A DNA stretch of 64,000 bases. Origin: Candidatus Wirthbacteria bacterium. GTDB lineage: Bacteria; Patescibacteriota; CG2-30-54-11. The position numbers were made by a program, and so were the translations under genes. A model generated the notes under the pieces. That model worked only from the letters and a program-made list of their open reading frames with translations, ran no database searches and was not told the origin of the DNA. Shown here piece after piece: positions 18,862-29,195 of this stretch (within the stretch, counting starts at the first letter, position 1; every line of letters starts with the position of its first letter). Location: assembly GCA_903889905.1 (NCBI GenBank), contig CAISZI010000051.1, positions 2,647 to 66,646 of the forward strand, given 5' to 3'.

Positions 18862-20395
18862 CGGAGTAGGTATGATCGCCAAAGTCAGTAGTTGTGCCGT
18901 GGTCGGGCTGGGGGCGCAGCCGATTGAGGTGGAGGCGGATGTTGCCAATGGGCTGCCCAAAATGATTGTGGTCGGGTTGCCTGATACCGCCGTACAGGAG
19001 TCCAAGGAAAGGGTTAAATCGGCGATCAAGTCAGCCGGGATTCCGCTCCCGAGCAAGCGCATCATCATTAATCTGGCCCCGGCGGACTTGCGCAAGGAAG
19101 GGCCGGCGTATGACCTGGCGATTGGCGTGGGGATACTGGGCGGGCTGGGCATCATCGGCGACGTGGATCCCAAGTGGATCTTTTTGGGCGAGTTGGCCCT
19201 GAGCGGAGAGCTACGGCACACCACCGGCATTTTGCCCATGGTGATCATGGCCAAGGAATTGGGATACGAGAAAGTTTTTCTGCCCAAGATTGACGCCAAC
19301 GAAGCGGCACTGATTGATGGGATCCAGATCATGCCGGTCGAAACCCTGACACAGTTGATTGAATATTTACAAACCCAGACTGGCATCGAACCCTTTGCCA
19401 CACATGGCGCAGACCTGATGCGCAAACCGCGTGAGAGCCTGTATGATCTCAGCTTTGTCAAAGGCCAGGAACACGTCAAACGCGCGCTCGAGATTGCGGC
19501 AGCTGGCGGGCACAATATCCTGCTCAGTGGTCCGCCCGGCAGTGGCAAAACGCTTCTGGCGCGCACCGTGCCCACGATTTTGCCCAACTTTACACTCGAG
19601 GAAGCGCTCGAGGTGACCAAAATTTACAGCGTGAGTGGCCTGTTGCCGCCCGAGCAGCCCCTGATGGTGGAACGTCCCTTCCGGTCACCGCACCATACGA
19701 CGTCACGTAATGCTTTGGTGGGCGGTGGCGGTTGGCCCAAACCCGGCGAGATTTCACTGGCGCATCGGGGCGTGCTGTTTTTGGATGAATTCCCGGAGTT
19801 TCCCTCCCAATCACTTGAAGCTTTGCGCCAACCCCTCGAAGATGGTGTGGTGACGATCAGCCGGGTGATGGGTTCCCTCACTTTTCCCGCGCAGTTTATC
19901 CTGGTGGCGGCGATGAACCCCTGCCCGTGCGGGTATGCCGGCGATCTGGAAAAAGAGTGTACCTGTTCACCGTTTGCCATTGAACGCTATCAGAAAAAAA
20001 TTTCCGGCCCGCTCATGGATCGCATTGATCTGCACGTGGAGGTTCCCCGCGTCAAATACGAAAAACTGATTGAGCCGTTGCCGGCCGAGAAATCCGAAGA
20101 TGTGCGTCTCCGGGTGCAGCAGGCCCGTGAAATGCAACTGGCCAGGTTTGCCACCCTGAATTCCAAAAGTATCTGCAACTCCGACATGATGCCCAAAGAA
20201 ATGCGCGAGCTCTGCGTGTTGGACGAAGGCGGACAGGATCTCCTGAAACTTGCTGTTCGCCAATTCTTTTTGTCAGGACGGGCGTATCACCGCATCCTCA
20301 AAGTCGCCCGTACCATTGCTGATCTCTCTGGTGTCGAACAAATCGGTTCACAGCACGTGGCCGAAGCCATCCAGTACCGTTTTCGTGCTGAATGA
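18862..20395 (+). CDS. comM: YifB/ComM family Mg-chelatase-like AAA+ ATPase
   Basis: MIAKVSSCAVVGLGAQPIEVEADV...; Walker A GPPGSGKT; Cys-rich CPCGYAGDLEKECTCS; ATG at 18862 chosen from the family N-terminus. Confidence 0.85.
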
Positions 20396-20421
20396 TTTTA
20401 TCCGATTGTTGGAGGTCACAA

Positions 20422-20679
20422 ATGCCCCATCGTTATTTTGTCTACATTGCCCGCAATCGGCATGGCCTGCTGCACATCGGGTTTACGCCCAACCTGGCGC
20501 ACTATCACTGTGGCCCTTATGAAAGTGGCGAAGGCTGTCAGTTGATTCACAATGAGTCGTTTTATAACTTGTGGGATGCGATTTGTCGCGAACAGGAGCT
20601 GCGGCAAATGAAAGACAGGGAAATCTGGGCCATGATGCGCAAACGCCAACAAGCTTTACAACATGGGCACTCCCGCTGA
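20422..20679 (+). CDS. GIY-YIG-like small protein (degenerate motif, YhbQ/UPF0213-like)
   Basis: YFVYIARNRHGLLHIGFTPNL resembles the GIY-YIG beta-hairpin. Short ORF translationally coupled to comM. Confidence 0.45.
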   Translation: MPHRYFVYIARNRHGLLHIGFTPNLAHYHCGPYESGEGCQLIHNESFYNLWDAICREQELRQMKDREIWAMMRKRQQALQHGHSR

Positions 20680-20883
20680 TTGTTTTTGTTGTGACCATGC
20701 CTTCATTGCAGTCTTTGCCATGGAGAAAATGGTCTTCGCAGTGTTACCATACGGCTGCATTATTGCAGGAGTATCGATGCCGCATTTGCATGCTCTGATT
20801 GACTGGACTGTCGGAGTTTTACACCTTGCGGGCACGGGAAGTCCTGGGCGAAACGGGACGATAAATTGTGGTAATATAAGCTT

Positions 20884-21291
20884 GTGATTTGTCTCCCAAT
20901 CCCAAGGAGTCGTATGGCCCAGAAAGTACTTTTGGTCGAAGACGATTTTTTTATCCGTGATGTTTACCGCATGGCGCTGGAACAAAAAGGGTACCAGGTG
21001 CTGCTTGCCGAAGACGGCAAACAGGCGCTGGAAATTTACGATCGGGAGCTGCCTGACCTGGTGCTGCTGGATATCATGTTGCCACGCCTGGGTGGGATGG
21101 AAGTACTCAAGTATATTCGCAAAAAAGCAGACAAAACCGGCAAAACGCCAGTCATCATGATGACCAATCTGGATACAGCCGAAAGCGTGGAACAGGCCAT
21201 GGAGTTGGGAGCAACGCAGTACTGGCTCAAATCGACCAAGGATCCCATCGCGGTAGCTTCTGAAATAAACCACTATTTCATTAGTGATTAA
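20884..21291 (+). CDS. stand-alone response-regulator receiver protein
   Basis: KVLLVEDDFFIRDVYRMALEQKGYQVLLAEDG...LVLLDIMLPRLGGMEVLKYIRKK. Confidence 0.8.
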   Translation: MICLPIPRSRMAQKVLLVEDDFFIRDVYRMALEQKGYQVLLAEDGKQALEIYDRELPDLVLLDIMLPRLGGMEVLKYIRKKADKTGKTPVIMMTNLDTAESVEQAMELGATQYWLKSTKDPIAVASEINHYFISD

Positions 21292-21334
21292 GTTGTTCCA
21301 GGTGAGCGCCAATCCATCAAACAAAAGGTAAGTT

Positions 21335-21712
21335 ATGGGTAGAAAAGTACTCTTGGTGGAAGATGATTTTTATATCCGCGACATGTATCGCATGGTCATG
21401 GAAACACATGATCATAAGGTGGTTACGGCCACGGATGGCAAGGCAGCCTTGCAGATTTTTGTCCAGGAGCAACCCGAAATCGTTTATCTCGACATTATGC
21501 TGCCTGAACTTAATGGCATTGAGGTCTTGAAGGCGATCCGCGCGCAGCAGCCTCCGCTTTGTGCTGTGCCAGTGATTATGCTGACCAACCTGGATAGTGA
21601 TGAAAGCATCAAACAATGCATGATGAATGGTGCCACAGCCTACCTGATCAAGGCCCAGCAGAATCCGATGACTGTGGTTGCCGAGATGGACAAGTTTTTT
21701 GTCAAAAAATAA
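21335..21712 (+). CDS. stand-alone response-regulator receiver protein
   Basis: KVLLVEDDFYIRDMYRMVMETHDHKVV...IVYLDIMLPELNGIEVLKAIRAQ. Confidence 0.8.
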   Translation: MGRKVLLVEDDFYIRDMYRMVMETHDHKVVTATDGKAALQIFVQEQPEIVYLDIMLPELNGIEVLKAIRAQQPPLCAVPVIMLTNLDSDESIKQCMMNGATAYLIKAQQNPMTVVAEMDKFFVKK

Positions 21713-21744
21713 ATTTCAATTCTAAACTTTGGGAGTGGGCGTTG

Positions 21745-22119
21745 ATGCAGACTGTCTTGTTGGTAGAGGACGATTTTTATATCCGTGATACGTACCGCAT
21801 TGCGATTGAGCAGGCGGGCTATTTAGTGGTCGAAGCTGTTGATGGTAAAGAAGCCATCGCTAATTTTGATCAGACGAAACCGGACATTGTTTTGCTCGAT
21901 ATCATGTTGCCCGAAGTCAACGGGATTGGCGTGCTTCAGCACATTCGTGCGCACAAGGACAAATGCTGCAAAACACCGGTGATAATCTTGACGAACATGG
22001 ACAGCGAAGAAACCACGGTTGAAGCCATGAACAACGGTGCGACGGCTTTTTTTGTCAAGCTGCACACACGGCCCACGGAAGTCGCGGCCTCGATCAAAAA
22101 TTATTTCGGCAACCAATAG
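21745..22119 (+). CDS. stand-alone response-regulator receiver protein
   Basis: MQTVLLVEDDFYIRDTYRIAIEQAGY...IVLLDIMLPEVNGIGVLQHIRAH; ATG at 21745 chosen (the upstream in-frame extension overlaps the previous gene). Confidence 0.8.
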   Translation: MQTVLLVEDDFYIRDTYRIAIEQAGYLVVEAVDGKEAIANFDQTKPDIVLLDIMLPEVNGIGVLQHIRAHKDKCCKTPVIILTNMDSEETTVEAMNNGATAFFVKLHTRPTEVAASIKNYFGNQ

Positions 22120-22135
22120 CCAAGGATGTGACAGC

Positions 22136-23056
22136 ATGGCCTATGAACTCAGTGAAGCAAAAGCAATTGCAGTCATTGCAACCATCCGGTCAAAAATTCA
22201 ACAGTACTTTGCTGCCAACCATCTCAAATATGCGGTACTGGGCAAATCCGAAGGTTTGGACAGTTCGGTGATTGCGGGGCTGGTGGCGGGGATCGAGGGC
22301 ATTCAGCCGATTGGCGTAATCATGCCCGCAGAGTCCAAGCCAGAAGCCGAAACGATTGCCCGCGAGGTGCTGGAACATTTTCAGATTCCTGCGCTTAAGA
22401 TCGATCTGACACAAGCTTTTGTGCAAATCAAAGAACTGCTGCGCGCTCCGAACCAGCTGGAGGATCAGCTCACCAACGTGGTGCGTATGCTGGGTGACCA
22501 CAAAGCGCTGGAACGCATGGAAACGCGGCGCCCGATTGCTTATGGCAATATCAAGGTAAGGCTCCGCATGGTGACACTTTATCATCTGGCACAGCTGCTC
22601 CAGGGCGTGGTGATGAGCACCGATAACTTCAGCGAATACTGGATGGGATTCTGGACGATTAATGGTGACGTGGGTGATATCGCGCCGATCCAGCAGATTT
22701 TCAAAGGCAACGAACTCTACACCATTGGCAAAGTGCTGGGTGTCCCGGTTTCCTCTTTGAACGCCATTCCGAGTGATGGACTTGGGGTTACCCGCAATAG
22801 TTATGACCACGAACAGCTGGGCATGCAGTACCGCGACCTGGATCAGGTGATCGTGGGCATGCTCAAAGGCGAATACCAGAGCGAAACCGAAAGCATGCGG
22901 GCGGACATGGTGGAAAAATTAAGTGAGCAGTTGCAGCTCCCATCAGCTGCCGTTAAAAGTGTCGGCAACCGCCTGCTCGCCACGGAATTCAAACGCCACT
23001 GGCCGGTCGTATTCACGCGGGAAGAACTGGGGTTGCCGCCGGTGGGAGAATTGTAA
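22136..23056 (+). CDS. nadE: NH3-dependent NAD+ synthetase
   Basis: PP-loop-like GKSEGLDSSVIAGLVA (SGGxDS); ATG at 22136 (MAYELSEAK) is in frame with the longer listed ORF. Confidence 0.65.
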   Translation: MAYELSEAKAIAVIATIRSKIQQYFAANHLKYAVLGKSEGLDSSVIAGLVAGIEGIQPIGVIMPAESKPEAETIAREVLEHFQIPALKIDLTQAFVQIKELLRAPNQLEDQLTNVVRMLGDHKALERMETRRPIAYGNIKVRLRMVTLYHLAQLLQGVVMSTDNFSEYWMGFWTINGDVGDIAPIQQIFKGNELYTIGKVLGVPVSSLNAIPSDGLGVTRNSYDHEQLGMQYRDLDQVIVGMLKGEYQSETESMRADMVEKLSEQLQLPSAAVKSVGNRLLATEFKRHWPVVFTREELGLPPVGEL

Positions 23057-23115
23057 ATCTTACCTCCTTTGTAAAGGCTATCGTCACCTTTAGGTGGAAG
23101 GAGGAGGATTTTAAT

Positions 23116-23140
23116 CCCCCTACCCCCTTCTAGAAGGGGG
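23116..23140. repeat. C5/G5 hairpin module (CCCCCTACCCCCTTCTAGAAGGGGG)
   Basis: Read directly; a member of the recurring CCCCC...GGGGG intergenic hairpin family. Confidence 0.5.
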
Positions 23141-23170
23141 TAAATCAAAGAATAAAGGAGATTATTTACC

Positions 23171-24085
23171 ATGCCCAAACATGCTTCCCGTCAGGTTGGT
23201 TTTGGCCTGGCGCTCCTGGCAACTCTCATGGGCGGTAGTTCTTATGTCTTCTCGCGCATCGCCGGCAAGGTGCTCAATCCCGAAAGCCAGCTCATCTACT
23301 GGTACGGTTTTGCCTTGATCGGTAACTTGATGCTGATTGGCAGCCGACGCAAATTATCACAGTTCTGGCGCAAATCCAATCTCAAGGTTTTTGTCTTTGT
23401 CGGCGTGCTAAATACAGTGTTCGCGCTGCTCTATTACCGGGTGATCAACCACCTGGGTTCAAGCGAGGTAGCGTTTTATTTCCGTGGCAACACCTTGCTG
23501 GTGATTGTACTGGCGGCGATCCTTTTCAAGGAGCGTTTGAACCGCCGTGAGTTTTTGAGCATGGTGGTTGCCTTGGGTGGGGCAGTGGTGTTGACGTTTT
23601 CACCGGAAGTGCATTTGAGTCCCGAACTTTTTCTGGTTGCCATTGCGGCGGTGTGCATTGCGCTTACTGACCTTTGGTCCAAGCAGTTTGTCAAAGCGAT
23701 TCAGCCGGAAATCCTGTCAGGGATCCGGTTGGCGTCGACGCTGCTATTTTGTCTGATTTATATTGTTTTGTTTGGCAAGCTCGAACCGCTCACCTGGGGC
23801 GTTTTGCCGGCCGTTTTTTGTGGGGGAGTGCTGTCGGCTTTTTTGCGTTTTTATCTCTATTATGAAGCCGTGAAGCGTGTCGAAGTCAGTAAAGTTGCGG
23901 TGATTATGGTCTTTGAACCTGTGGTCCCGGTGATTATGAACCTGGTTTTGTACAATACCTTGCCATCCTGGCAGCAGCTGCTGGGCGGGTCGGTGATCAC
24001 GGCCGGCATCTGCTTGCTAGTTCTGGCTTCCTGGAGTAAAAATAGGGTCACAACGAGTGTGAGTAATCAAATCATTAATCCATAG
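23171..24085 (+). CDS. EamA/DMT-family transporter (10 TM)
   Basis: Two-fold repeated 5-TM hydrophobic profile, 304 aa. Confidence 0.6.
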   Translation: MPKHASRQVGFGLALLATLMGGSSYVFSRIAGKVLNPESQLIYWYGFALIGNLMLIGSRRKLSQFWRKSNLKVFVFVGVLNTVFALLYYRVINHLGSSEVAFYFRGNTLLVIVLAAILFKERLNRREFLSMVVALGGAVVLTFSPEVHLSPELFLVAIAAVCIALTDLWSKQFVKAIQPEILSGIRLASTLLFCLIYIVLFGKLEPLTWGVLPAVFCGGVLSAFLRFYLYYEAVKRVEVSKVAVIMVFEPVVPVIMNLVLYNTLPSWQQLLGGSVITAGICLLVLASWSKNRVTTSVSNQIINP

Positions 24086-24092
24086 GCCTGAC

Positions 24093-25070
24093 ATGCAGAG
24101 ACGTAAATTGGGTTATACCGACGTTGAACTGACGACCATTGGTTTGGGCACCTGGGCGATTGGGGGTGGTGAATGGGAATTTGGCTGGGGCGACCAGGAT
24201 GATCAGGCATCGATCGCGACCATCCGCGAAGCGCTGGAGGCAGGTATTAACTGGATTGACACAGCCGCAGCCTATGGCTTTGGGCATGCGGAGGAAGTTG
24301 TCGGCAAGGCAATCAAAGGGCTTGGGAAGCGGCCTTTAGTCGCCACCAAGTGCAGCCTGCTCAATGACGGCCACGGTAAAGTCGTGCGTAGTCTCAAACG
24401 CGATTCGATCCTCAAGGAAGCCGAAGACAGCCTGCGCCGGTTGCAGGTTGACGTGATTGACATCTATCAGATCCACTGGCCCAATCCTGAAGAAGACATT
24501 GAAGAAGCCTGGGAAGCCATGGCCGAACTTGTCCGCCAGCAAAAAGTGCGTTATATCGGCGTATCGAATTTCAACGTTGCCCAGATGCAACGTATCCAGT
24601 CGATTCATCCGATCGCTTCGCTGCAACCCCCTTATTCCATGCTGCGCCGCCAGATCGAAGCGGAGATTTTGCCGTTTTGTGCAGCGCATAATATCGGGGT
24701 GATTGTCTATAGTCCGATGCAAAAAGGACTACTCACAGGCAAAATTACACCGGATTGGGTCAAGCAGCTGGGTGACAATGACCACCGCAAACGCGACCCG
24801 ATGTTCAATTCACCACAACTGGAGATCAACCTGGAGTTTATTGCCAAGCTCAAACCCATGGCGGATAAATACCATATCAGCCTGGCGACGCTGGCCGTGA
24901 ATGGCGTACTGCAGCAAAGCGCAGTCACTGCCGCCATTGTTGGTGCCCGCAAACCAGGTCAAATCTTGGACGCAGTGCGTGCTGCCGATGTCGAGATTGC
25001 GCAACAAGACTGGGATCAGATGAATCAGTGGCTGAATGAACGCGATGCGGCGGTGGCGAAGGTTGTTTAG
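24093..25070 (+). CDS. aldo/keto reductase family oxidoreductase
   Basis: LGTWAIGG...IDTAAAYGFGHAEEVVGKAI...IHWPN...GVSNF are AKR signatures. Confidence 0.8.
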   Translation: MQRRKLGYTDVELTTIGLGTWAIGGGEWEFGWGDQDDQASIATIREALEAGINWIDTAAAYGFGHAEEVVGKAIKGLGKRPLVATKCSLLNDGHGKVVRSLKRDSILKEAEDSLRRLQVDVIDIYQIHWPNPEEDIEEAWEAMAELVRQQKVRYIGVSNFNVAQMQRIQSIHPIASLQPPYSMLRRQIEAEILPFCAAHNIGVIVYSPMQKGLLTGKITPDWVKQLGDNDHRKRDPMFNSPQLEINLEFIAKLKPMADKYHISLATLAVNGVLQQSAVTAAIVGARKPGQILDAVRAADVEIAQQDWDQMNQWLNERDAAVAKVV

Positions 25071-25084
25071 GTGGCGGGCGCGGG

Positions 25085-25253
25085 GAGACAGGGAGAATTT
25101 TACAGCCAGCCAAAAACGCTCCCGTCGATCATGCTGTTTGTGGTAGCGCTTGTTCGTGATTTCGACATGTTCCTGTTATTTCAACCTAAAGTAGACAGCG
25201 CCTCTGTGTTTTTGGTATGTCTAGATGTGTCTGACTGTAAAATTCTCCCTGTC
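25085..25253. repeat. 169-bp element bounded by perfect 19-bp inverted repeats (GACAGGGAGAATTTTACAG / CTGTAAAATTCTCCCTGTC)
   Basis: Inverted repeats read directly at 25085-25103 and 25235-25253. Confidence 0.55.
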
Positions 25254-25285
25254 ACCCAACTCCCTTTTTTAATTAGTCCGAATCC

Positions 25286-25783
25286 ATGCACCACAGCGCC
25301 CAGAAACTCAATGCTTTGTTTCAGATCAGCCAGCGGATCGTGGCCAAGTATGATTTGCAGGAACTACTGGATTTCATCATCGGGCGCTCGCTCAAGGTGT
25401 TCGGGGCGCACACTGGCAGCCTGATGCTGATCGAGCCGCTTGGAAGTCGACTTATTATGAGATCGGTGGTCGGCCTTAGTGCCGGCACGATGCGGACGAT
25501 GAAACTCAAAGTGGGCGAAGGCATCACCGGCACCTGCGCCCTGCATGGCAAGCCCATCCTGGTTCGCGATACTTCGAAAGACCCGCACTATGTCGAAGCT
25601 GCCAAAGGCACGCTGAGCGAGTTGGCGGTGCCGCTACTTTATAACGGTAAATGTTTCGGCGTGATCAACCTCGACAGCGACAAACTGGCGAATTTTACGA
25701 AACAGGACATGAAATTGCTTTCGGCCTTTGCGAGCTGGGCGGCGCTGGCGATTGAGCTAAAGCGCAGTCGAGGTCAGAACTGA
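25286..25783 (+). CDS. GAF-domain protein (165 aa, single domain)
   Basis: ...GSLMLIEPLGSRLIMRSVVGLS...GEGITGTCALHGKPILVRDTSKDPHY...LAVPLLYNGKCFGVINLDS matches the GAF consensus. Confidence 0.7.
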   Translation: MHHSAQKLNALFQISQRIVAKYDLQELLDFIIGRSLKVFGAHTGSLMLIEPLGSRLIMRSVVGLSAGTMRTMKLKVGEGITGTCALHGKPILVRDTSKDPHYVEAAKGTLSELAVPLLYNGKCFGVINLDSDKLANFTKQDMKLLSAFASWAALAIELKRSRGQN

Positions 25784-25787
25784 TTCA

Positions 25788-26774
25788 TTAGTAGCGAGAA
25801 CCGGGATCGCTAGATTCTGTGTTTATTGGGGCACCCTGAAGCGCCAGATCTTTTTGAATGGAATCTGCGACTGAGCGCATGTTGATTTTTAAGCTGGGGT
25901 GATCTGACCATAACTTGTATACCATTTGATCGATAGCCTCCCTAGTGCTTGAATCCCATCCACTCTTTCCATGAAAATGGTCCCGTTTGAGTCGGCCCAA
26001 GCGTCGGTTGTAGTCATCAAAATAACGTTTGTCACTTTTGCTGGGGGTAGTGATATTTTTGTATGCTTGTTCTTGATGAGTCCATTCGTTTGGTGGTAAT
26101 GTTCCTGCTTCTTGTCTTCGAGATCGATCTTGTCTGAGGTTAGTGACTCGAACATCTTCCATTCCTGCCTGCAGTTTTTCCGAGTAATCAAGCAATTCCT
26201 GTTCCGCTTTTTGAACGAGCGCTTTGAGTTGAGAGGGCTCAATGTGATTGAGGATGAAGGCGTTCTCGATATTCATTTTTCGAATAATTGTCTGACACCC
26301 CTCGGTAAGCTGTTCGAGAACGCCACGGTCGACATGGCCGCGATGTCTTTTAATAGTCTTTTGCTGATCTTCGCTGAGTAGCTGTTTTGCCCTATTGACG
26401 AGGTCGTTGTAAGTCTTGTCGATTTGTGCATTCTTTTGTTTATCCTGCTGCAAAATATCGCGTTGATTTTCCCAATATTCGTACGTTTCCCGTTGGTAGC
26501 GCTGGTCCCGTCCCGCTGGTGTTGCTGTCTCATGGACAAAACGAGACAGACGACCGAAGAAGCCGAGTTCCATTGATTGAGTTTGTGTCGGCGCTTGTCT
26601 CTTAGATTGTTTTCTTCCCTTTAATTGCTCTTTCTTTTGTTCTTTTTCCCAGGCATCGTACTGCATGTCAGTCAAAAAGAGAGTACCTGGCTCATACGCA
26701 TGCGTACTTCGGATGTAAGAAATAGTCTGACTGTTGTGTTCTACGGTTCCGTCTGGTCTGATCATAAATGACAT
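25788..26774 (-). CDS. hypothetical protein (328 aa, highly charged, coiled-coil-rich, AT-rich codon usage)
   Basis: Long ORF; no recognisable motif; lower GC than flanking genes. Confidence 0.45.
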   Translation of the reverse strand: MSFMIRPDGTVEHNSQTISYIRSTHAYEPGTLFLTDMQYDAWEKEQKKEQLKGRKQSKRQAPTQTQSMELGFFGRLSRFVHETATPAGRDQRYQRETYEYWENQRDILQQDKQKNAQIDKTYNDLVNRAKQLLSEDQQKTIKRHRGHVDRGVLEQLTEGCQTIIRKMNIENAFILNHIEPSQLKALVQKAEQELLDYSEKLQAGMEDVRVTNLRQDRSRRQEAGTLPPNEWTHQEQAYKNITTPSKSDKRYFDDYNRRLGRLKRDHFHGKSGWDSSTREAIDQMVYKLWSDHPSLKINMRSVADSIQKDLALQGAPINTESSDPGSRY

Positions 26775-27013
26775 GGTTACCTGCCTTTTGGAGCGGCTGC
26801 ATGTACAGCATAACTAGTAAAATAGTTTTTGGTGGAGATTTATTATAGCAGACCAGTGGATTGTTTTCCAAGACCGGTGCAGTGGGTAGGGTGAGCTCTC
26901 TTTGGCACACCGGCTTCGGCATTGGTCAGAATTTGAACTCCGGAGTTTTTCATAATCCGTTGATTGGTGTTATAATTTTAATCCGTCATTTTTTTAATTA
27001 AAAAGTCGTTGCC

Positions 27014-27976
27014 ATGGCCGCAAGCGGAATTGATGAGCCCCAAGGATGCGATGTCATCCCCAACGAGCAGTTGGCGCAACAAATACAGTGGGATCAGCTG
27101 GTTACTGCCTTTCCCGAACAGTTGCGGCAATTGCTTGAGCTTGATCGCCATGAACCATTGCATGTGCTTGACCTTGATCCGCACCAGCGTGCACAAGCTA
27201 CAGCGTTAATGGAGCATGCAAGCAGTACGCTGTTCCGACTCAAGCGATTTGGAGCTGACGCTAAACGAAATTTGCAACGGCTGATGCTGGCGGCCATGCT
27301 TTTTGGAGCGCAATTTGTGGCCAGTGGACAGGGCGTTGCAGCAGCTCCCGAGCAGGACGTCGGGATGGGGATGCGTTTATTTGAGATGATTGTTCCAGTC
27401 AAGACGAATGTCCTTAGCGGTGGGCCGTTTGAAAGCTATGTGTATGGCGATGCGACGGTGTTGGTGTGGTTTGAAGCGAAGACAGAGTCGGGCGATATGC
27501 GGTTTCCCTGTGAAGCGGTGGTTACGACCAACACAGCAGAAGGGGCTATCCCCCGAGTTGATGCGGCTCGTTGTTTTGTGATGAGCTATAACAGCCAGAT
27601 AGAAAAACCACAACTCACTGCCAAGATGGGTCCCGTTGAGAGTGATCTTTGGCTGAAAGACATTATCTTGTGGGGACATACGCGACAGGCAACAGGTACG
27701 TTTGGGCTGAAGGCTCCGTATATCTTTGACGAAGGTAGTTTCCGTGCCTATGACGTCGCTCCCAATCAGGCGAGTTACCAAACCAAATTAGGATTGATGG
27801 ATTATCTAGGTGGTGGATCAAACCGTAACATTGACCTGATGTTCGCGATCAGCAAAAATTGGGACTATGCCAAGTCTATCGACCAGTTTGATGCCATCTT
27901 TGCGGATCACCTCAGAGCGATCAGTGCGGGCGGAGATATCTGCCTACTGCCACTCCAGCTCGAAATCGTCGACTGA
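27014..27976 (+). CDS. hypothetical protein (320 aa), divergently transcribed from 25788..26774
   Basis: Long ORF preceded by an extended -10 element (gTGtTATAAT at about 26962-26971); no motif recognised. Confidence 0.45.
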   Translation: MAASGIDEPQGCDVIPNEQLAQQIQWDQLVTAFPEQLRQLLELDRHEPLHVLDLDPHQRAQATALMEHASSTLFRLKRFGADAKRNLQRLMLAAMLFGAQFVASGQGVAAAPEQDVGMGMRLFEMIVPVKTNVLSGGPFESYVYGDATVLVWFEAKTESGDMRFPCEAVVTTNTAEGAIPRVDAARCFVMSYNSQIEKPQLTAKMGPVESDLWLKDIILWGHTRQATGTFGLKAPYIFDEGSFRAYDVAPNQASYQTKLGLMDYLGGGSNRNIDLMFAISKNWDYAKSIDQFDAIFADHLRAISAGGDICLLPLQLEIVD

Positions 27977-28578
27977 CGCCTACAGCACGGGCGACCCAAG
28001 CGTTACTTAATACCGAGGATAATCAGATTTTCAAGCGCAAGCTCCCGAAAACATCTGGTGCCACGGCGACGCCGAATCCGGATCAAACTCCCTATCCAGC
28101 ATGTGACCAACTAGGCCAGGACCAAGTGGCGGGGTATTGCTCACGAGCTTGCGCCGATAAATTAGACACCGCCTATTCTCCAATTCTGGTCCAGAAAAGC
28201 GGAAGCGCGTGCGCGCCCTTAACTGCTAATCAACGGCAATCACTGGGGACAGCTCAGCCTTAGACGGTTGGGATGGTTTGCACAACCCAAAACAGTTAAG
28301 CATTTGATCGCAGCACTTTTTGCATTTGTTTTTCATGGTATCGGTCGATTTTGCCAGTCAACGCAATGCGCGGAGATAGGCGGCATCGGCAGAGCCGGAA
28401 AATATAACGAGAGACGCTAAGAATCATCGCAGCGACAGTCGGGCAGTTACCGCCTGGGTATTGCCGAAGTACCCAAACGGTGATTGCCTGTGTCGCTGCC
28501 TTGCCAGCAGTGGCGCGGGTCCAAAAAACGATGTGCTCGCTACCCAGTGAAGGGCGGCGGGCAAAAGGAGATGATAGA

Positions 28579-29103
28579 ATGGCAAAATTGGGGAATATCC
28601 CCAAACCTATCCTTATTGGGATAGGTGTACTTGTGGTCATTGGCGGCCTTGTTGCCATATTTATGGCAGCAGGGTCGCCCTCGGCCCAAACGTCGACAGT
28701 TGCGGCCACTCAGACGGCGTTCGCGCCGACTGAACAGGCCGCTGTGGCAGCGCATGCCACGGCCGATGGGCCGCATGCGACCGCAGAGGTCGTGGTTACG
28801 GCTGTGCATGTCACAGCCGTGGCGCTCGGCATCGAGACGCCCTCGGCGCCGACCGAGTCGGCAAGGGAACTACAGAGTTCCCAGCCGACAAAGGCTCCCC
28901 ACCAATCATTACAGGGGAGCGCTAGAATTAAGCCGGCAGGAACACCTGTCCCGGCAACTTTTAGCCCAACTTTGGGCACAAGTTGCCGAGGCGAAACCCC
29001 GAAATACGCCCCGGGGTTTAGTCGGCAAGATGACCCGTTTTGCTCACCCAATTGTGGGTGGAAATGGGTCAAAGGGGGACGACCTTGGTGCCAAACCAAG
29101 TAG
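28579..29103 (+). CDS. possible small membrane-anchored low-complexity protein (Ala/Thr-rich, C-terminal Cys-containing tail)
   Basis: RBS AAAGGAG 8 nt upstream of the ATG at 28579; one TM (ILIGIGVLVVIGGLVAIF); the region is GC-rich and otherwise ORF-poor. Confidence 0.25.
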   Translation: MAKLGNIPKPILIGIGVLVVIGGLVAIFMAAGSPSAQTSTVAATQTAFAPTEQAAVAAHATADGPHATAEVVVTAVHVTAVALGIETPSAPTESARELQSSQPTKAPHQSLQGSARIKPAGTPVPATFSPTLGTSCRGETPKYAPGFSRQDDPFCSPNCGWKWVKGGRPWCQTK

Positions 29104-29195
29104 TCCCCGTAGCGTCTCTCGTCCCGGTTTATCATTGATAGACCGGGGCTTTTTTGTATCCAATGGCCAACTTGACTGAGCGTCAGAAAATTGTT

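Noticed and set aside
20656-21324. 222-aa minus-strand ORF
   Set aside because: Antisense shadow of a receiver-domain gene whose product is clearly recognisable.
25071-25424. 117-aa plus-strand ORF upstream of the GAF gene
   Set aside because: Spans the 19-bp inverted-repeat element and out-of-frame overlaps the GAF gene start; no coding signal.
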